Source of the DNA: Nitrospirota bacterium
GTDB lineage: Bacteria; Nitrospirota; Nitrospiria; Nitrospirales; Nitrospiraceae
Reading direction: 5' to 3'
Assembly (NCBI GenBank): GCA_963701855.1
Contig: CAVPBK010000001.1
Coordinates: 64,001-128,000, forward strand
DNA length: 64,000 nt
The notes below the pieces were generated by a model. That model was not told the DNA's origin. It did no database searches and was given only the letters and a program-made list of their open reading frames with translations. Shown piece after piece: positions 30,016 through 40,400 of this stretch (position 1 is its first letter; the number at the start of each line of letters is the position of its first letter). Position numbers and translations under genes: made by a program.

Positions 30016-30602
30016 CTGAGTCAGGAGTCGAGAGCCATGGCTAAGAGCACAGTGGAAACAAAGACTTTGTCTTTCTTGTCAGACCATACACCATCTGCCA
30101 TCGGCTCTTTGCATTGTGAGCAGGGGTGTCCTGCTACAGCTCGACTTTCTCTGCTGTAGCAGAAGGCGACAGCAGACGTGAACCCGTGAAGCGCAAGGCG
30201 TAATAAAAATGAAACCAACCGCCTTTCGCTCTTCACCTTACGAGTCACCCCTCACACCTCACATAGCTGTTAGGGCAACGGCATTGGATTTGCTGAGTTT
30301 CTGTGTAGTACGAAACTGGAAACGAATCTATGACAAGAACGCGGTGGCTGCTCGTAGGTGCCGTTCTCCTCGGGCTCGCGGTGGGAATCTACTTTCTGTT
30401 TTTCTGCCCCGTGGAGTGTCAATGATCTCTGAATGACCAAAACAGCGACGAAAATGACGTTTCTACCGTGACCTCTGCGATAGCGTTGGTGAGAGGCGAA
30501 GCGCATTGAGGTTCGACCAGTCGGACGGTGGCGACACCCGTTCGGCCCTTCGTCCGTGATCGGAAGATGAAAATAAGGAAGGATGCAACCGGATGGCCGG
30601 CA

Positions 30603-31283
30603 ATGAATGAAAAAGCAGTAAGACTCACATGGGGGGATCTCACCCTTGAAGGAGTCCTCGGACTTCCGGCACAGACGCTGGGAATGGTGGTCTTCGCCCA
30701 CGGAAGTGGCAGCGGGCGGTTCAGCCCACGCAATAATTTCGTCGCCCGCTATCTCCAGCACGGAGAGGTGGCTACGCTCCTGATCGACTTACTGACACCG
30801 GATGAAGCTGAAGACCGCCGCAAGGTCTTTAACATCGACCTGCTGACAGATCGCGTGCTGTTGGCCAAAGCCTGGCTCGAACAGGATGCCAGGACGAAGG
30901 GCCTGGGCATCGGCTATTTCGGCGCCAGCACCGGAGCAGGCGCGGCCCTGCAGGCGGCAGCCCGCGATCCTTCGTCGATTCAGGCCCTTGTATCACGGGG
31001 CGGCAGACCGGATCTGGCCGAAGCCTATCTGCCCTCAGTCACCGCGCCGACTTTACTGATTGTCGGGGGAGACGACGAGCCGGTCATCGAAATGAATCGA
31101 GCTGCCTATCGGCTCCTCACCTGCCCGAAACGGATTGTGATCGTGCCGGGCGCCTCACATCTATTCGAAGAGCCTGGCACACTTGAACAAGTTGCGGAAC
31201 ATGCTCTCGCCTGGTTTCAGCAACACTTTCATCCCGCCAAGCACGATAGTACAACTGCGCAAACAAAGGAGCGTCTTCGATGA
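30603..31283 (+). CDS. dienelactone hydrolase-family alpha/beta hydrolase
   Basis: FAHGSGSGRFSPRN, YFGASTG nucleophile elbow, SRGGRPDL, HLFEEPG. Confidence 0.88.
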   Translation: MNEKAVRLTWGDLTLEGVLGLPAQTLGMVVFAHGSGSGRFSPRNNFVARYLQHGEVATLLIDLLTPDEAEDRRKVFNIDLLTDRVLLAKAWLEQDARTKGLGIGYFGASTGAGAALQAAARDPSSIQALVSRGGRPDLAEAYLPSVTAPTLLIVGGDDEPVIEMNRAAYRLLTCPKRIVIVPGASHLFEEPGTLEQVAEHALAWFQQHFHPAKHDSTTAQTKERLR

Positions 31284-32140
31284 AAACATTACTCGCGGTT
31301 GACGGATCGGATAATTCCTATGAGGCCGTTCATGTCCTGAAATACCTGGCTCGGGCAGAGCAACTGACCCTGCTTCACGCGTTGAAAGTCCCGCGGCCGG
31401 CGTACCCCATGATGGTGTCTGAAACGGCGGAGGAGATTTATAAGACCCTTGAGCAGAGCATGAAGGAAGACGGGGAACGGTTGCTCAATCGGACCCAGTC
31501 CCTTCTCCCGCTGCACGCAGGCCCCACAACGAAGCACCTTCAAATGGGATCTCCCGCAGAAGTGATCGTGTCGATGGCCGAGGAGCAGAAAGCCGATCTC
31601 ATCGTGATGGGAGCACGGGGTCTTGGCCCCATCAAGGAGCGGCTGCTCGGCAGCGTATCGCACCGCATCCTCACCCTGGCCCCCTGCGCCACATTGATCG
31701 TGAACGGCCCGGTTAAGACGATGAAACAGATCCTGCTGCCGCTCGAAGGTCCAACCGACGCGGAAGCCGCGGTTCGTTTTCTCCAGCTTAAGCCGTTTCA
31801 CGATACGGTTGAGTTGACGCTGATGACGGTCTTGCCTTGGACGGAGCCTCCATGGCCGAGCGGTGCAGCCGCCGAGGCCGCCGCCACCGAGATGCTGGAG
31901 AAGCAAACCGATTACATCGAGAGTCTGGCAGAACGTCTACGCGTCATAGGTTATCACGCACATGGAGTTGTCCTAGTCGGAACACCGTCTACCATGATCC
32001 TGCAAGAAGCCGCCACGCTGCGATCGGATTTGATTCTGATGGGCACAAGGGGCCGGCAGGGAATCACCCGCCTCGTGCTCGGCAGCGTGTCTCATGCCGT
32101 ATTACACAAGACGCCCTGCCCAGTCCTCGTGTTTCACTGA
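31280..32140 (+). CDS. universal stress protein (tandem USP domains)
   Basis: LLAVDGS, GARGLG.....LGSVS, GTRGRQG.....LGSVS. Confidence 0.93.
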   Translation: MKTLLAVDGSDNSYEAVHVLKYLARAEQLTLLHALKVPRPAYPMMVSETAEEIYKTLEQSMKEDGERLLNRTQSLLPLHAGPTTKHLQMGSPAEVIVSMAEEQKADLIVMGARGLGPIKERLLGSVSHRILTLAPCATLIVNGPVKTMKQILLPLEGPTDAEAAVRFLQLKPFHDTVELTLMTVLPWTEPPWPSGAAAEAAATEMLEKQTDYIESLAERLRVIGYHAHGVVLVGTPSTMILQEAATLRSDLILMGTRGRQGITRLVLGSVSHAVLHKTPCPVLVFH

Positions 32141-32175
32141 GGAAACAGCGGGAAAGGCGAGAAACGCCGGACGGG

Positions 32176-33135
32176 CTAGAAGTGCGGGTTCCAGGTTTTC
32201 GGACCTTCGACCCCTGACCTTTGCATTGTGCCTTTTCGCACCTCACGCACTACGGTCTGTGGTGCTAGCCGCTTGTTCAGCATCCGCGGCCAGAGGCCCT
32301 TCCGCCATTGCCTCGAAATCCGGCTGGGGGAGGTACTCCTGAGCCCGTGATCAAGGGCACACAACTGCTGTCTCAGCGGAATCAGTCGTTCGACCTGCCT
32401 AACGATGCTCTGGATGGCAGCTTGTGCTTTTTCGTCCCCTGTCCCCTTCAAGAGAAACTCGGCCTGTCCGAGGATCACATTGAGCGGGGTTCCCATCTCT
32501 TGTACCAACCCTGATGTCTTCGCAAGCCATGCCGTAAGGAGACTCACAACCGTTCGCTGCTCGGCCTGGCGCTGCCTCTCCTCGACCGCCTGCTTGCTCA
32601 GCGCAAGGTTCAACGCTCTCTTCATCTCGCTCATATCCCGCCCGGCTGCCTCCAGCAAATTATCACGCTGTGTGAGAGATTCGCTCATCGCCAGTTCAAG
32701 GTCGTGGAAAATCACTTTCAGCAAAGCATTCCACACCGTGTGGTACAGGTGAGGCCTGTTCCCAAAGGCTTCGAACACCAGCGGCTGAATGGAGATCAGA
32801 AAGTGGACGAAGGTACCGAGGTGCCAGCCTACACCGAGCCCGAAAGGATCACGATAGTCTGCCGCCTGCGCACCATTTCTTCTGGCAATCTCCCCGTTAT
32901 TCCCGTTCGGCAGGGAAAACAGATACTCCTGCTGCGATCGCTTCAAGCGCGCGACTTCAAGGACGTCCGACAGCAACGAGGCCCGGTCGTGGCCGTTCCC
33001 GAGGTGAGGGGCCAAGGTTTCAAGAATACGGTCGCGGTGGCGGGTGAAGAGTGGTTCCAGCAGACGGAGCGAGGTTTCCTCTTCCTGCGTAAGCAGCGTC
33101 CCGTTCTCATGTCGGCCATTATGCTCTTCCATCAT
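32176..33135 (-). CDS. degenerate sensor-globin (protoglobin-like) plus DHp-like helix, no ATPase domain
   Basis: RLKRSQQEYLFSL...GLGVGWHLGTF...ALLKVIFHDLELA globin-sensor pattern; H-box reads LVQEMGTPLNVILG (His to Gln). Confidence 0.6.
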   Translation of the reverse strand: MMEEHNGRHENGTLLTQEEETSLRLLEPLFTRHRDRILETLAPHLGNGHDRASLLSDVLEVARLKRSQQEYLFSLPNGNNGEIARRNGAQAADYRDPFGLGVGWHLGTFVHFLISIQPLVFEAFGNRPHLYHTVWNALLKVIFHDLELAMSESLTQRDNLLEAAGRDMSEMKRALNLALSKQAVEERQRQAEQRTVVSLLTAWLAKTSGLVQEMGTPLNVILGQAEFLLKGTGDEKAQAAIQSIVRQVERLIPLRQQLCALDHGLRSTSPSRISRQWRKGLWPRMLNKRLAPQTVVREVRKGTMQRSGVEGPKTWNPHF

Positions 33136-33175
33136 GATCTCATCATTTCTTCTCCATCGTTCAACCCCTCAGCTC

Positions 33176-33682
33176 CTACTTCAACAAATCATCTGCCCTC
33201 CCACGATGGTGGAACGCATACCGCCGGCACCTATGATGGCACTGATCTCCACGTCTGTACCTCGGTTCATCGACAGATGCATTCTCCTCTCTCACCCCCA
33301 ACCCGATATAGCGATTGCCTGCGAGTACGTGCAGAAGGGCTTGAGGCAGTTCTGACGCAAGGGTCGATCTCTTGAGGAGGAAACCGCGGGCTCCCGCATT
33401 GAACGCCAAGGTCATGTAGGCCGGTTCCTGATACGTCGTCACAATGATCACCCTGCTCTGCGGAGCACAGTTTTGCAGGGCACGAGTAGCGTCAAGACCA
33501 TTCAGCTTTGGCATCGAGATACCGGAGAATATAACGTCCGGCTCCAGCCTTTGTGCCGCTTTCACGAGCGCCTGACCGTCCGTCACTGTCCCCACCACGT
33601 CACCATGTTCCTCCAAGAGGTCCCGTAAGGCGGTTAACACCATTGGATGGTCGTCGGCAATAAGGATCCGCGGCTTCTTCAT
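33176..33682 (-). CDS. atypical stand-alone NarL-type receiver (phosphoacceptor Asp replaced by Gly, no HTH)
   Basis: MKKPRILIADDH...PDVIFSGISMPKLNG, versus PDLILLDISMPLLNG in the neighbouring paralog. Confidence 0.75.
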   Translation of the reverse strand: MKKPRILIADDHPMVLTALRDLLEEHGDVVGTVTDGQALVKAAQRLEPDVIFSGISMPKLNGLDATRALQNCAPQSRVIIVTTYQEPAYMTLAFNAGARGFLLKRSTLASELPQALLHVLAGNRYIGLGVREENASVDEPRYRRGDQCHHRCRRYAFHHRGRADDLLK

Positions 33683-33746
33683 ATCTTCTTCCCCTTTCGG
33701 CCGTGAATGGCACCGCATGGTAGGCTTCTTGGAGAGTGGGTGAACC

Positions 33747-33760
33747 TAGGAAAAACCCTG
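33747..33760. promoter_or_regulatory. candidate NarL/NreC-type box TAGGA-N4-CCCTG
   Basis: Similar palindromes at 40586 and 41693. Confidence 0.35.
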
Positions 33761-33796
33761 GCGTTGAGGCGCAATCTTACTAGAGGCCGGCAGGGG

Positions 33797-33880
33797 TGTG
33801 AGACGTAAGACGTGAAACGTAAAACGTGAAACGCCGCTCGTTTCCGGACCAGAACGTTTCACGTCTCACGTTTAACGCTC
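33797..33880. repeat. 7-bp-period inverted hairpin (GAAACGT units)
   Basis: GAGACGT AAGACGT GAAACGT AAAACGT GAAACG mirrored by CGTTTCA CGTCTCA CGTTTAA. Confidence 0.75.
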
Positions 33881-33942
33881 TGCGACGCTTTACGATCGAC
33901 GTCAGCGGTTGCAGTGGAAGTCGTCAGGAAGAATGCCGGTTT

Positions 33943-34232
33943 GCAGGCTGTGAAAAACTATTATGGTACGCCTGGCAGTCAATGGCCCCTGCGCCTGGAG
34001 CAATGAGGATTGGACAAGCAGGATGCTCAAAAAGGCCGGACATCTCACCCGCCCAACCCCGGCGCGCCAAGACGCGCCTTTACCCAAACAAGGCCGCAGC
34101 GATCTATCCCTTAACTAAGGGGTGGCTGGGATGATCCCAACTGCGCGCGTCCAACGAGGGCCTTCGGAGGCCGCGCGTTGCGCGAGCAAAGGGATCGTCC
34201 CAGCTACCCCGCTCCCTTTTTCAGCATCCTGC
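33943..34232. mobile_element. MITE-like nested repeat, family 1, carrying module A
   Basis: GCAGGCTGTGAAAAA and GCAGGATGCTCAAAAAG left ends; CTTTTTCAGCATCCTGC right end. Confidence 0.7.
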
Positions 34233-34235
34233 CCA

Positions 34236-34886
34236 CTAAAGGCCGGTGATGCCATGGGTGATCGCATACTTCGTCAAGTCGGCAGTGGTGTGAAGATCCA
34301 GCTGCTGCATGATGCGGGACTTATGGAACTCCACCGTTTTCACGGACACGTTAAGGATCGTGGCGACCTCTTTCGTGCCGCGGCCCTCCGCGACGAGCTG
34401 CAAGACTTCCCGCTGCCGCGCAGTGAGCACTGCGGACGAAACCTTCTTGCCTCGCTCCCCGGTGGGGGGCTTGAGAACCGAGTCCAGCACATCTTTCGTG
34501 AGCAGGGGCGTGAGATAGTGTTGGCCTTGGAGGACGGACTTGATTGCCAGACTGAGTTCTGAAGCCGCGGAGCGCTTGAGGAGATACCCGGAGGCCCCGG
34601 CCTGGAAGGCTTCGGCCGCATAGGTGGGACTGGCATGCATGGTAAGAAAGATCAGCTTGCTTCCCGGCACCAGGCTGCAGAGTTGCCTGGCCGCTTCGAG
34701 ACCGTTCAACAGCGGCATCGAGATGTCCAGGAGAATCAGATCCGGGCGCAGCTTCTGCGCCGCCTCAACCAGCGCCCGCCCGTCCTCCACCGTACCCACC
34801 ACGTCGCACTCAACTTCCACCAGCTTCCGCAAGCCGGCAAGAATCAGCAAGTGGTCATCTGCCATGAGCACGCGCGGTTTCTTCAT
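34236..34886 (-). CDS. NarL/LuxR-family response regulator
   Basis: ADDH, LLDISMP, GYLLK, LTARQREVL..VAEG...KEVA..L.VSVKTVEFH. Confidence 0.95.
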   Translation of the reverse strand: MKKPRVLMADDHLLILAGLRKLVEVECDVVGTVEDGRALVEAAQKLRPDLILLDISMPLLNGLEAARQLCSLVPGSKLIFLTMHASPTYAAEAFQAGASGYLLKRSAASELSLAIKSVLQGQHYLTPLLTKDVLDSVLKPPTGERGKKVSSAVLTARQREVLQLVAEGRGTKEVATILNVSVKTVEFHKSRIMQQLDLHTTADLTKYAITHGITGL

Positions 34887-37312
34887 GCGCCCTTTTGAAA
34901 ACGGGGAATCCAGGCACAGACCTTCGTGCCGACCCTTGGCAAGGAATGGATCCGGAGAAACCCGCCCAGCCCACGCGCACGCTCCGCCATGCTTACCAGG
35001 CCGAGTCCTCTCGTGCGATTGTTCTTGCTCTCATGATCGAACCCCTTGCCGTTATCGCGCACCGACAAGCCGATCCCCTTTGACGAGCCGCTCAACCTCA
35101 CCATAACCTCGGTCGCCTGGGCATGCTTGGACACATTCTGCAGACTCTCCTGCATCACGCGAAACAGATTAGTGGCCACCTCCAGCGAGAGAATCTCAGG
35201 CACCTCACGAGCGGTAAACGTCACGGGCAGCCCGGTCCGCTTCGTGAACTCGGCGACGTGGTCTCCTACAGCGGCCGCCAAGCCAACGTGCTCGAGCAAG
35301 GACGGGTGCAGCCTGTACGCCAGATCGTGCAGGTCGTCGGAAAGCTGCCCGATCTGAGCTCGGACATCAGCGAGTTGTCGAGCCAGCGGCCCGGGTGGGA
35401 TGAGGGAGGTTCTTTCCATGGTCTCCAGTTCAACCGATAGAGCCGCCAATCGTTGATTGAAGTCGTCGTGCAATTCTCGCGCGATCCGCTTGCGCTCCTC
35501 TTCTTGGGCCTCGATCAACTTCTCTGCCAGGGATTCCAACTCTTTCTGCTTTTCGCTGAGCAGGAGCACGTGCTTCTCCAAAGCCAGCCCCATCCGGACC
35601 CTGCTTGAGATATCCGTATGAGTCATGACAACGCCCTTCGCATCTTTCAACGGAGCCACGCGCATCAGAAACCAACGCTCTTCTTCCGAAAAATGGGAGA
35701 CATATTCCATACTAAAACTTTTTTGACTGCCCCCCAATACGACTTCAATGCCGCTGAGAATCGCCTGTGCTGTCGAGTCTCCGGCGTCGATCGCTCGCCG
35801 GCAGACATCCAGATAATTCTGTCCGACATCGACACTGGAACCCACGCGACCAGAATTGCAATAGCTGAACTCTTTCCAGGCGTCGTTCGTCTTTATGATG
35901 ATCCCGCCCTTATCCAGCACGCAGACATGCGCAGTAAGTGAGTCCAGGATCGCGCGGGTGAAAGCGTCGCTGGCCTGCAGCGCTTCCTCCGCAACCTTCC
36001 GCCAGGTGATGTCAGTAGTAATACCGCACAGGGCATAGGGTTTTCCGTCTCCGCCGTACAACAGAAATTTGGAGACAATACTCGTGTGAGGACCATCGTC
36101 GTGCATGGCGACTTCTTCAAATTCGAGCGGAACTCCAGCCTGCAGTACCTCGAGATCGTTGGCACGAAACGCGGCGGCCATCTCGGGACAGAAAATGGCC
36201 TCATCCGTTTTGCCCACGACTTGCTCGTGAGTCATATGGGACACTCTTTCAAACTGGCGATTGACATGGAGATAGCGGCCCTCGGTATCCTTCAGAAACA
36301 CCATCCCCGGGCTGTTATCAAGAATGGCCTGGAGTCGCGCTTCGCTTTCGAGGAGCTCCTTTTCCACCCGCTTACGCTCGGTGACATCGCGCAGAATGAC
36401 AGTCAATAGCTTCTTGCCGCTGACCAGGACATGAGAGATGGAGGCATCGACGGGAAATTCCTCTCCATTGGCTCGCAGGCCGGACAGCCCGCCGGGTTGT
36501 CCCATCGAACGGGAAGTCGATTGTCTCAGTGCGAAGAGGCTCATATGATCATGGTGCGCCTGTCTGAACCGTTCAGGAATGAACCGGTCGAATGGTTGTC
36601 CTATCGCGTCGGCGCGTTGGCAGAGAAACATAGATTCTGCAGCTCGGTTGAAGACCACCACGCGCTCCCTCTCATCCACGGTGATGATGGCATCCATCGC
36701 CGATGAGATGATCGCGTCAAGCTGCGCCCGCTGAGCACCCACCACCGCCTCAGCCAGCCTGCGAGCGCTCACATCCAGAAACGCTGCCCGCCACTGGATG
36801 ATGTGCCCGGTCTCATCGTGAAGAGCAATACTCTCGAAATAAACGCAACAGGCGCCGGCGGTTCCGCCCAGGAGATGCACCTCACATTCTTGTCGCGTGC
36901 CTGTCTTCATGACATCCTGACAATGCCGATGAAAGATATCCTGATCATCCGATGCTATGAAGCGCGCGAGTGGTTGCCCGATCAGCTTCTTCCGGTCGAT
37001 GCCAAGTATTGCCCCGGCTCTCAGATTGGCCTCCACAACCTTGCCGTGGATATTCAGCGTGAGATGGCCGGCCGGGGAAAAATCGTAGAGCTCTACATAA
37101 CGGTCACGGCCCGCTTCTAGCTCCAGCTGGGTCCGACGCAATTCGTCGTTCTGCATCTCCAGCTCGATCTGATGAACTTGTAGTTCGTGCACCAGCTGTT
37201 GCACATCCTTGACCGGCATGGCCGCGACGTCATGGTTCGTGGCGCGCAGCAGTTTCTCCGCCTTTCGGCGAAGCCCGGTGGGTTTCATTGTCCCGCCTGG
37301 TTTCTTAGCCAT
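34883..37312 (-). CDS. cytoplasmic multi-PAS sensor histidine kinase (HisKA_3 type)
   Basis: Four PAS/PAC repeats, EEERKRIARELHD, QESLQNVSKHA, DNGKGF, GLGLVSMAER; no TM segment. Confidence 0.93.
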   Translation of the reverse strand: MAKKPGGTMKPTGLRRKAEKLLRATNHDVAAMPVKDVQQLVHELQVHQIELEMQNDELRRTQLELEAGRDRYVELYDFSPAGHLTLNIHGKVVEANLRAGAILGIDRKKLIGQPLARFIASDDQDIFHRHCQDVMKTGTRQECEVHLLGGTAGACCVYFESIALHDETGHIIQWRAAFLDVSARRLAEAVVGAQRAQLDAIISSAMDAIITVDERERVVVFNRAAESMFLCQRADAIGQPFDRFIPERFRQAHHDHMSLFALRQSTSRSMGQPGGLSGLRANGEEFPVDASISHVLVSGKKLLTVILRDVTERKRVEKELLESEARLQAILDNSPGMVFLKDTEGRYLHVNRQFERVSHMTHEQVVGKTDEAIFCPEMAAAFRANDLEVLQAGVPLEFEEVAMHDDGPHTSIVSKFLLYGGDGKPYALCGITTDITWRKVAEEALQASDAFTRAILDSLTAHVCVLDKGGIIIKTNDAWKEFSYCNSGRVGSSVDVGQNYLDVCRRAIDAGDSTAQAILSGIEVVLGGSQKSFSMEYVSHFSEEERWFLMRVAPLKDAKGVVMTHTDISSRVRMGLALEKHVLLLSEKQKELESLAEKLIEAQEEERKRIARELHDDFNQRLAALSVELETMERTSLIPPGPLARQLADVRAQIGQLSDDLHDLAYRLHPSLLEHVGLAAAVGDHVAEFTKRTGLPVTFTAREVPEILSLEVATNLFRVMQESLQNVSKHAQATEVMVRLSGSSKGIGLSVRDNGKGFDHESKNNRTRGLGLVSMAERARGLGGFLRIHSLPRVGTKVCAWIPRFQKGA

Positions 37313-37331
37313 CACCTGTTCCTCTCAACGC

Positions 37332-37405
37332 AGGCTGAGGTCAAGGTCAAGGTTGAGCAAAAATCACACTCTTTCATTCTCAACCTTAGCCTCAGCCTCG
37401 ACCTT
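37332..37405. repeat. 6-bp-period inverted hairpin overlapping the cheBR stop
   Basis: AGGCTG AGGTCA AGGTCA AGGTTG mirrored by CAACCT TAGCCT CAGCCT CGACCT. Confidence 0.75.
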
Positions 37406-40400
37406 CTCTTCCTGCCCCTTCACCTCTTCCATGGCCAACAGAATTCGGCCTGGTAGTGCCAGGTCCTGTTCGAGTCGGCGACCGTTGAGCGCCAATACCC
37501 TGCGTCCGATGTGAGGAAACGTCTGGTCCACAACGAAGTCCCGGAAGGAGCGATTCTTCGGCAGAATCTCCTCCAGCAGATGGCGTAAGCCTGGCAGGTT
37601 CCAGGCCCCGGCACAGAGGTGGTAGAGGAGCTGCTGCTCGACTTCTCGTGGCGTCACCTGAAAGGTCCGGTAGAAGGACTGGTTGGCCGAGACCACGCGG
37701 ACCTGGTCGTCCAGCATGAGCAGGGGTTCGCGAATCGTCTCGACGATGCTGACGGCCACGCCGCCCGCAGCCCGGACAACCTGCTCCGCGTTCCTCAACT
37801 TGGTGATGTCCTGAAACGTCAGCACGAGCCCGTCGATGGTGTTCTTGCCGGTCCGATAGGGCAGGATCCGCATGAAGAACCAGCTCCCGTCGGAGGCCTG
37901 AACTTCCCGCTCCTTGACGACGAGCGTCTGGAGCACGTCTTGCGCATCCTCCGACAGCCGGTCATAGGTCAGCTTCGAGACGATGTCCGACAGGGGGCGC
38001 CCGACATCGACGGCGATCAGGCAACTCACCCGCTTCGCCTCCAACGTGAACCGCTTGATGTGCAGCTCGTTGTCCAGAAAGATGGTGGCGATCTCTGTAC
38101 TGTTCAAGAGATTCTGTAGATCGTCGTTCGCGTCCGCGAGCGCATCGAGCTTGCCCTGGAGTTCAGAGTTGACGGTCAGCAGTTCTTCATTGAGGGATTG
38201 CATCTCTTCCTTCGTCGTCTCCAATTCCTCATTGGTGCTTTGCAGCTCTTCGTTGGTGGACTGCAACTCCTCGTTGGTGGACTTCAGTTCCTCATTGGAG
38301 GTTTGCTGTTCCTCGATCGTTTGTTGCAACCGCTGTTTCGTGAACTCCAGTTCCCGCAGAAGCCTGGACTCCCCTTTCTTCATCGGTGCGGCCTCTCGCG
38401 CCGGTGTTCCCTTCCGTGCAGCGGAGTTGTCCGCCTGCATCGTTTCAAACGTCACCATGAACAACCCCTGGAGGGCCTCCGGATCGACAATTCTCTTGAC
38501 GGTCAGGTTGACCAGGATGACGCTGCCGTTAGCCCTTACTCGTAGGCCGCGGCGCACGACTTCCTCCTCCTTGCTTGCCGCCTGATGGAGCGCGGTCGCC
38601 AGATCATGTTGCAATCCTTCCCGCGCCATCTCCACCAGACTGTGTGTCGGCGGGCCGGGCGCCGGTTCAAGATAGGCACCGGTGTGGCCATGGGTGTAGA
38701 CGACCTCGCCCCGACCATTCACGAGGACCGCCACCGGCGCGTAGCGCGAGACCAACAGCTGCTGGATGAGATCGGAAATCTTGGCGAGGCGCGCGGTGGG
38801 AAGGGGCACCCCGTCCTCCGCGTGAGTCCCGGTTGTCGCCCTCATCAATCCGCCCGGAAACCGCTCCAGGTGAGGAAACGTGCCTGTCTCTGCCGTCCGC
38901 CTGAACAGCTTCCATTTCCGGTCGATGACGGTAAAGAGTTGTTCGAACTCCCCGACCGTTTCGGACGTACCGAGAAATAGGATGCCATTCGGCTTCAAGG
39001 CGTAGTGGAACAGCGGTAGGATTTTGTGTTGCGCCTGAGCGTCCAGATAGATCAGGAGATTGCGGCAGGACAAGAGATCCAGCTTCGTAAAGGGGGCATC
39101 GGTCAGGATGTTATGCGTGGCAAACACGACCAGATCACGAATCTCCTTCTTGACCCGATAACTGCTGTCTTCCTTGGTAAAGAACCGCTGCAGGCGCGCC
39201 GGGGTGAGGTCCTCGGCGATGCCGACCGGGTAGAGGCCGGTGCGTGCCGCTTCAATGGCCCGGCTATCCAGGTCCGAGGCGAAAATCTGCACGGTGAAGC
39301 GGAGCTTCTTCTTCGTAAGGTATTCACGGATGAGGATTGCGAGCGAATAGGCCTCCTCTCCGGTCGAGCAACCGGCAACCCACAGGCGCAGGGTCGCGTC
39401 CTCGGACTTGCCCTCCACGAGCGCGGGTAACACTATCTGTTCGAGGACCTCGAAGGCCTGCGGGTCGCGAAAGAAGCTGGTGACCCCGATGAGCAGTTCC
39501 TGAAACAGGGCATCGAGTTCGTGCGGATTCGCCAGCACAAACCGGAGATACTGTCTCAGGTTCTCGATCTGGTGCACGTTCATGCGGCGTTCGATGCGCC
39601 GCTGAATCGTATTCTCTTTGTAGAGGGAAAAATCGTTCCCGGTCCGATCGCGCAAGAGGATAAAGATCTTGCGCAGCGTCTGGGAGGCGTCGCGCTCAGG
39701 GAGAAGTTGCGCCGGTTTCGTCAGACTGCGCGCATAGGCGTACAACGGTTCCGCCATCCGGCTCGCCGGCTGGACTACATCGACCACCCCAGCGGTTATG
39801 GCACTACGCGGCATGCTCTGATACTTGGCCGATTGCGGATCCTGCGCGATCGTCATGCCGGACTCGGCCTTGATCGCTCTCAACCCCACGGTACCGTCGC
39901 TGCCGGTCCCGGACAGGATGATCCCGACGGCTCGTTGCTTCTGATCCTCCGCCAACGAACGGAAGAAGTAATCGATGGGCAGCGGCACGCGATCCTGCGA
40001 GGGGGGCTCCATGAGGTGCAGGGTGCCGTGCAAGATCGCCAGATTGGTGCCGCCCGACGCTATATAGACGCCATTGGCCTCCACCTCCATCCCGTCCTTG
40101 GCCTCCACCACCGGCATCACGGTGCATTTACTGAGTAGGCTCGGCAGGAGACTGACATGGCCCGCGTGCTGGTGCGAGACCACCACGAAGGCCATCCCGC
40201 TGATGGGAGGCATGTGGCGGAAGAACTCTTCCATGGCTTCCAACCCGCCGGCGGAAGCGCCGATTCCGACGATCAGAAAACCGGGCAATGTGACGGGTAG
40301 AGCCAGGGATGGAACAGGTGTTGTCGGAGAAACCGTTGCTTTCACAGGTTGCCGCTTAGCGCTCTTGGGCTTGACGAGGGTCTTGGCAGCAGCTGTTCTT

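Noticed and set aside
30021..30530. Short ORFs in the divergent region upstream of the sigma-54 promoter
   Set aside because: Mutually overlapping with no recognisable features; more plausibly enhancer or promoter DNA
38180..38320. 21-bp tandem DNA repeat
   Set aside because: Explained by the STNEELQ coiled-coil heptads of CheBR; codons vary synonymously
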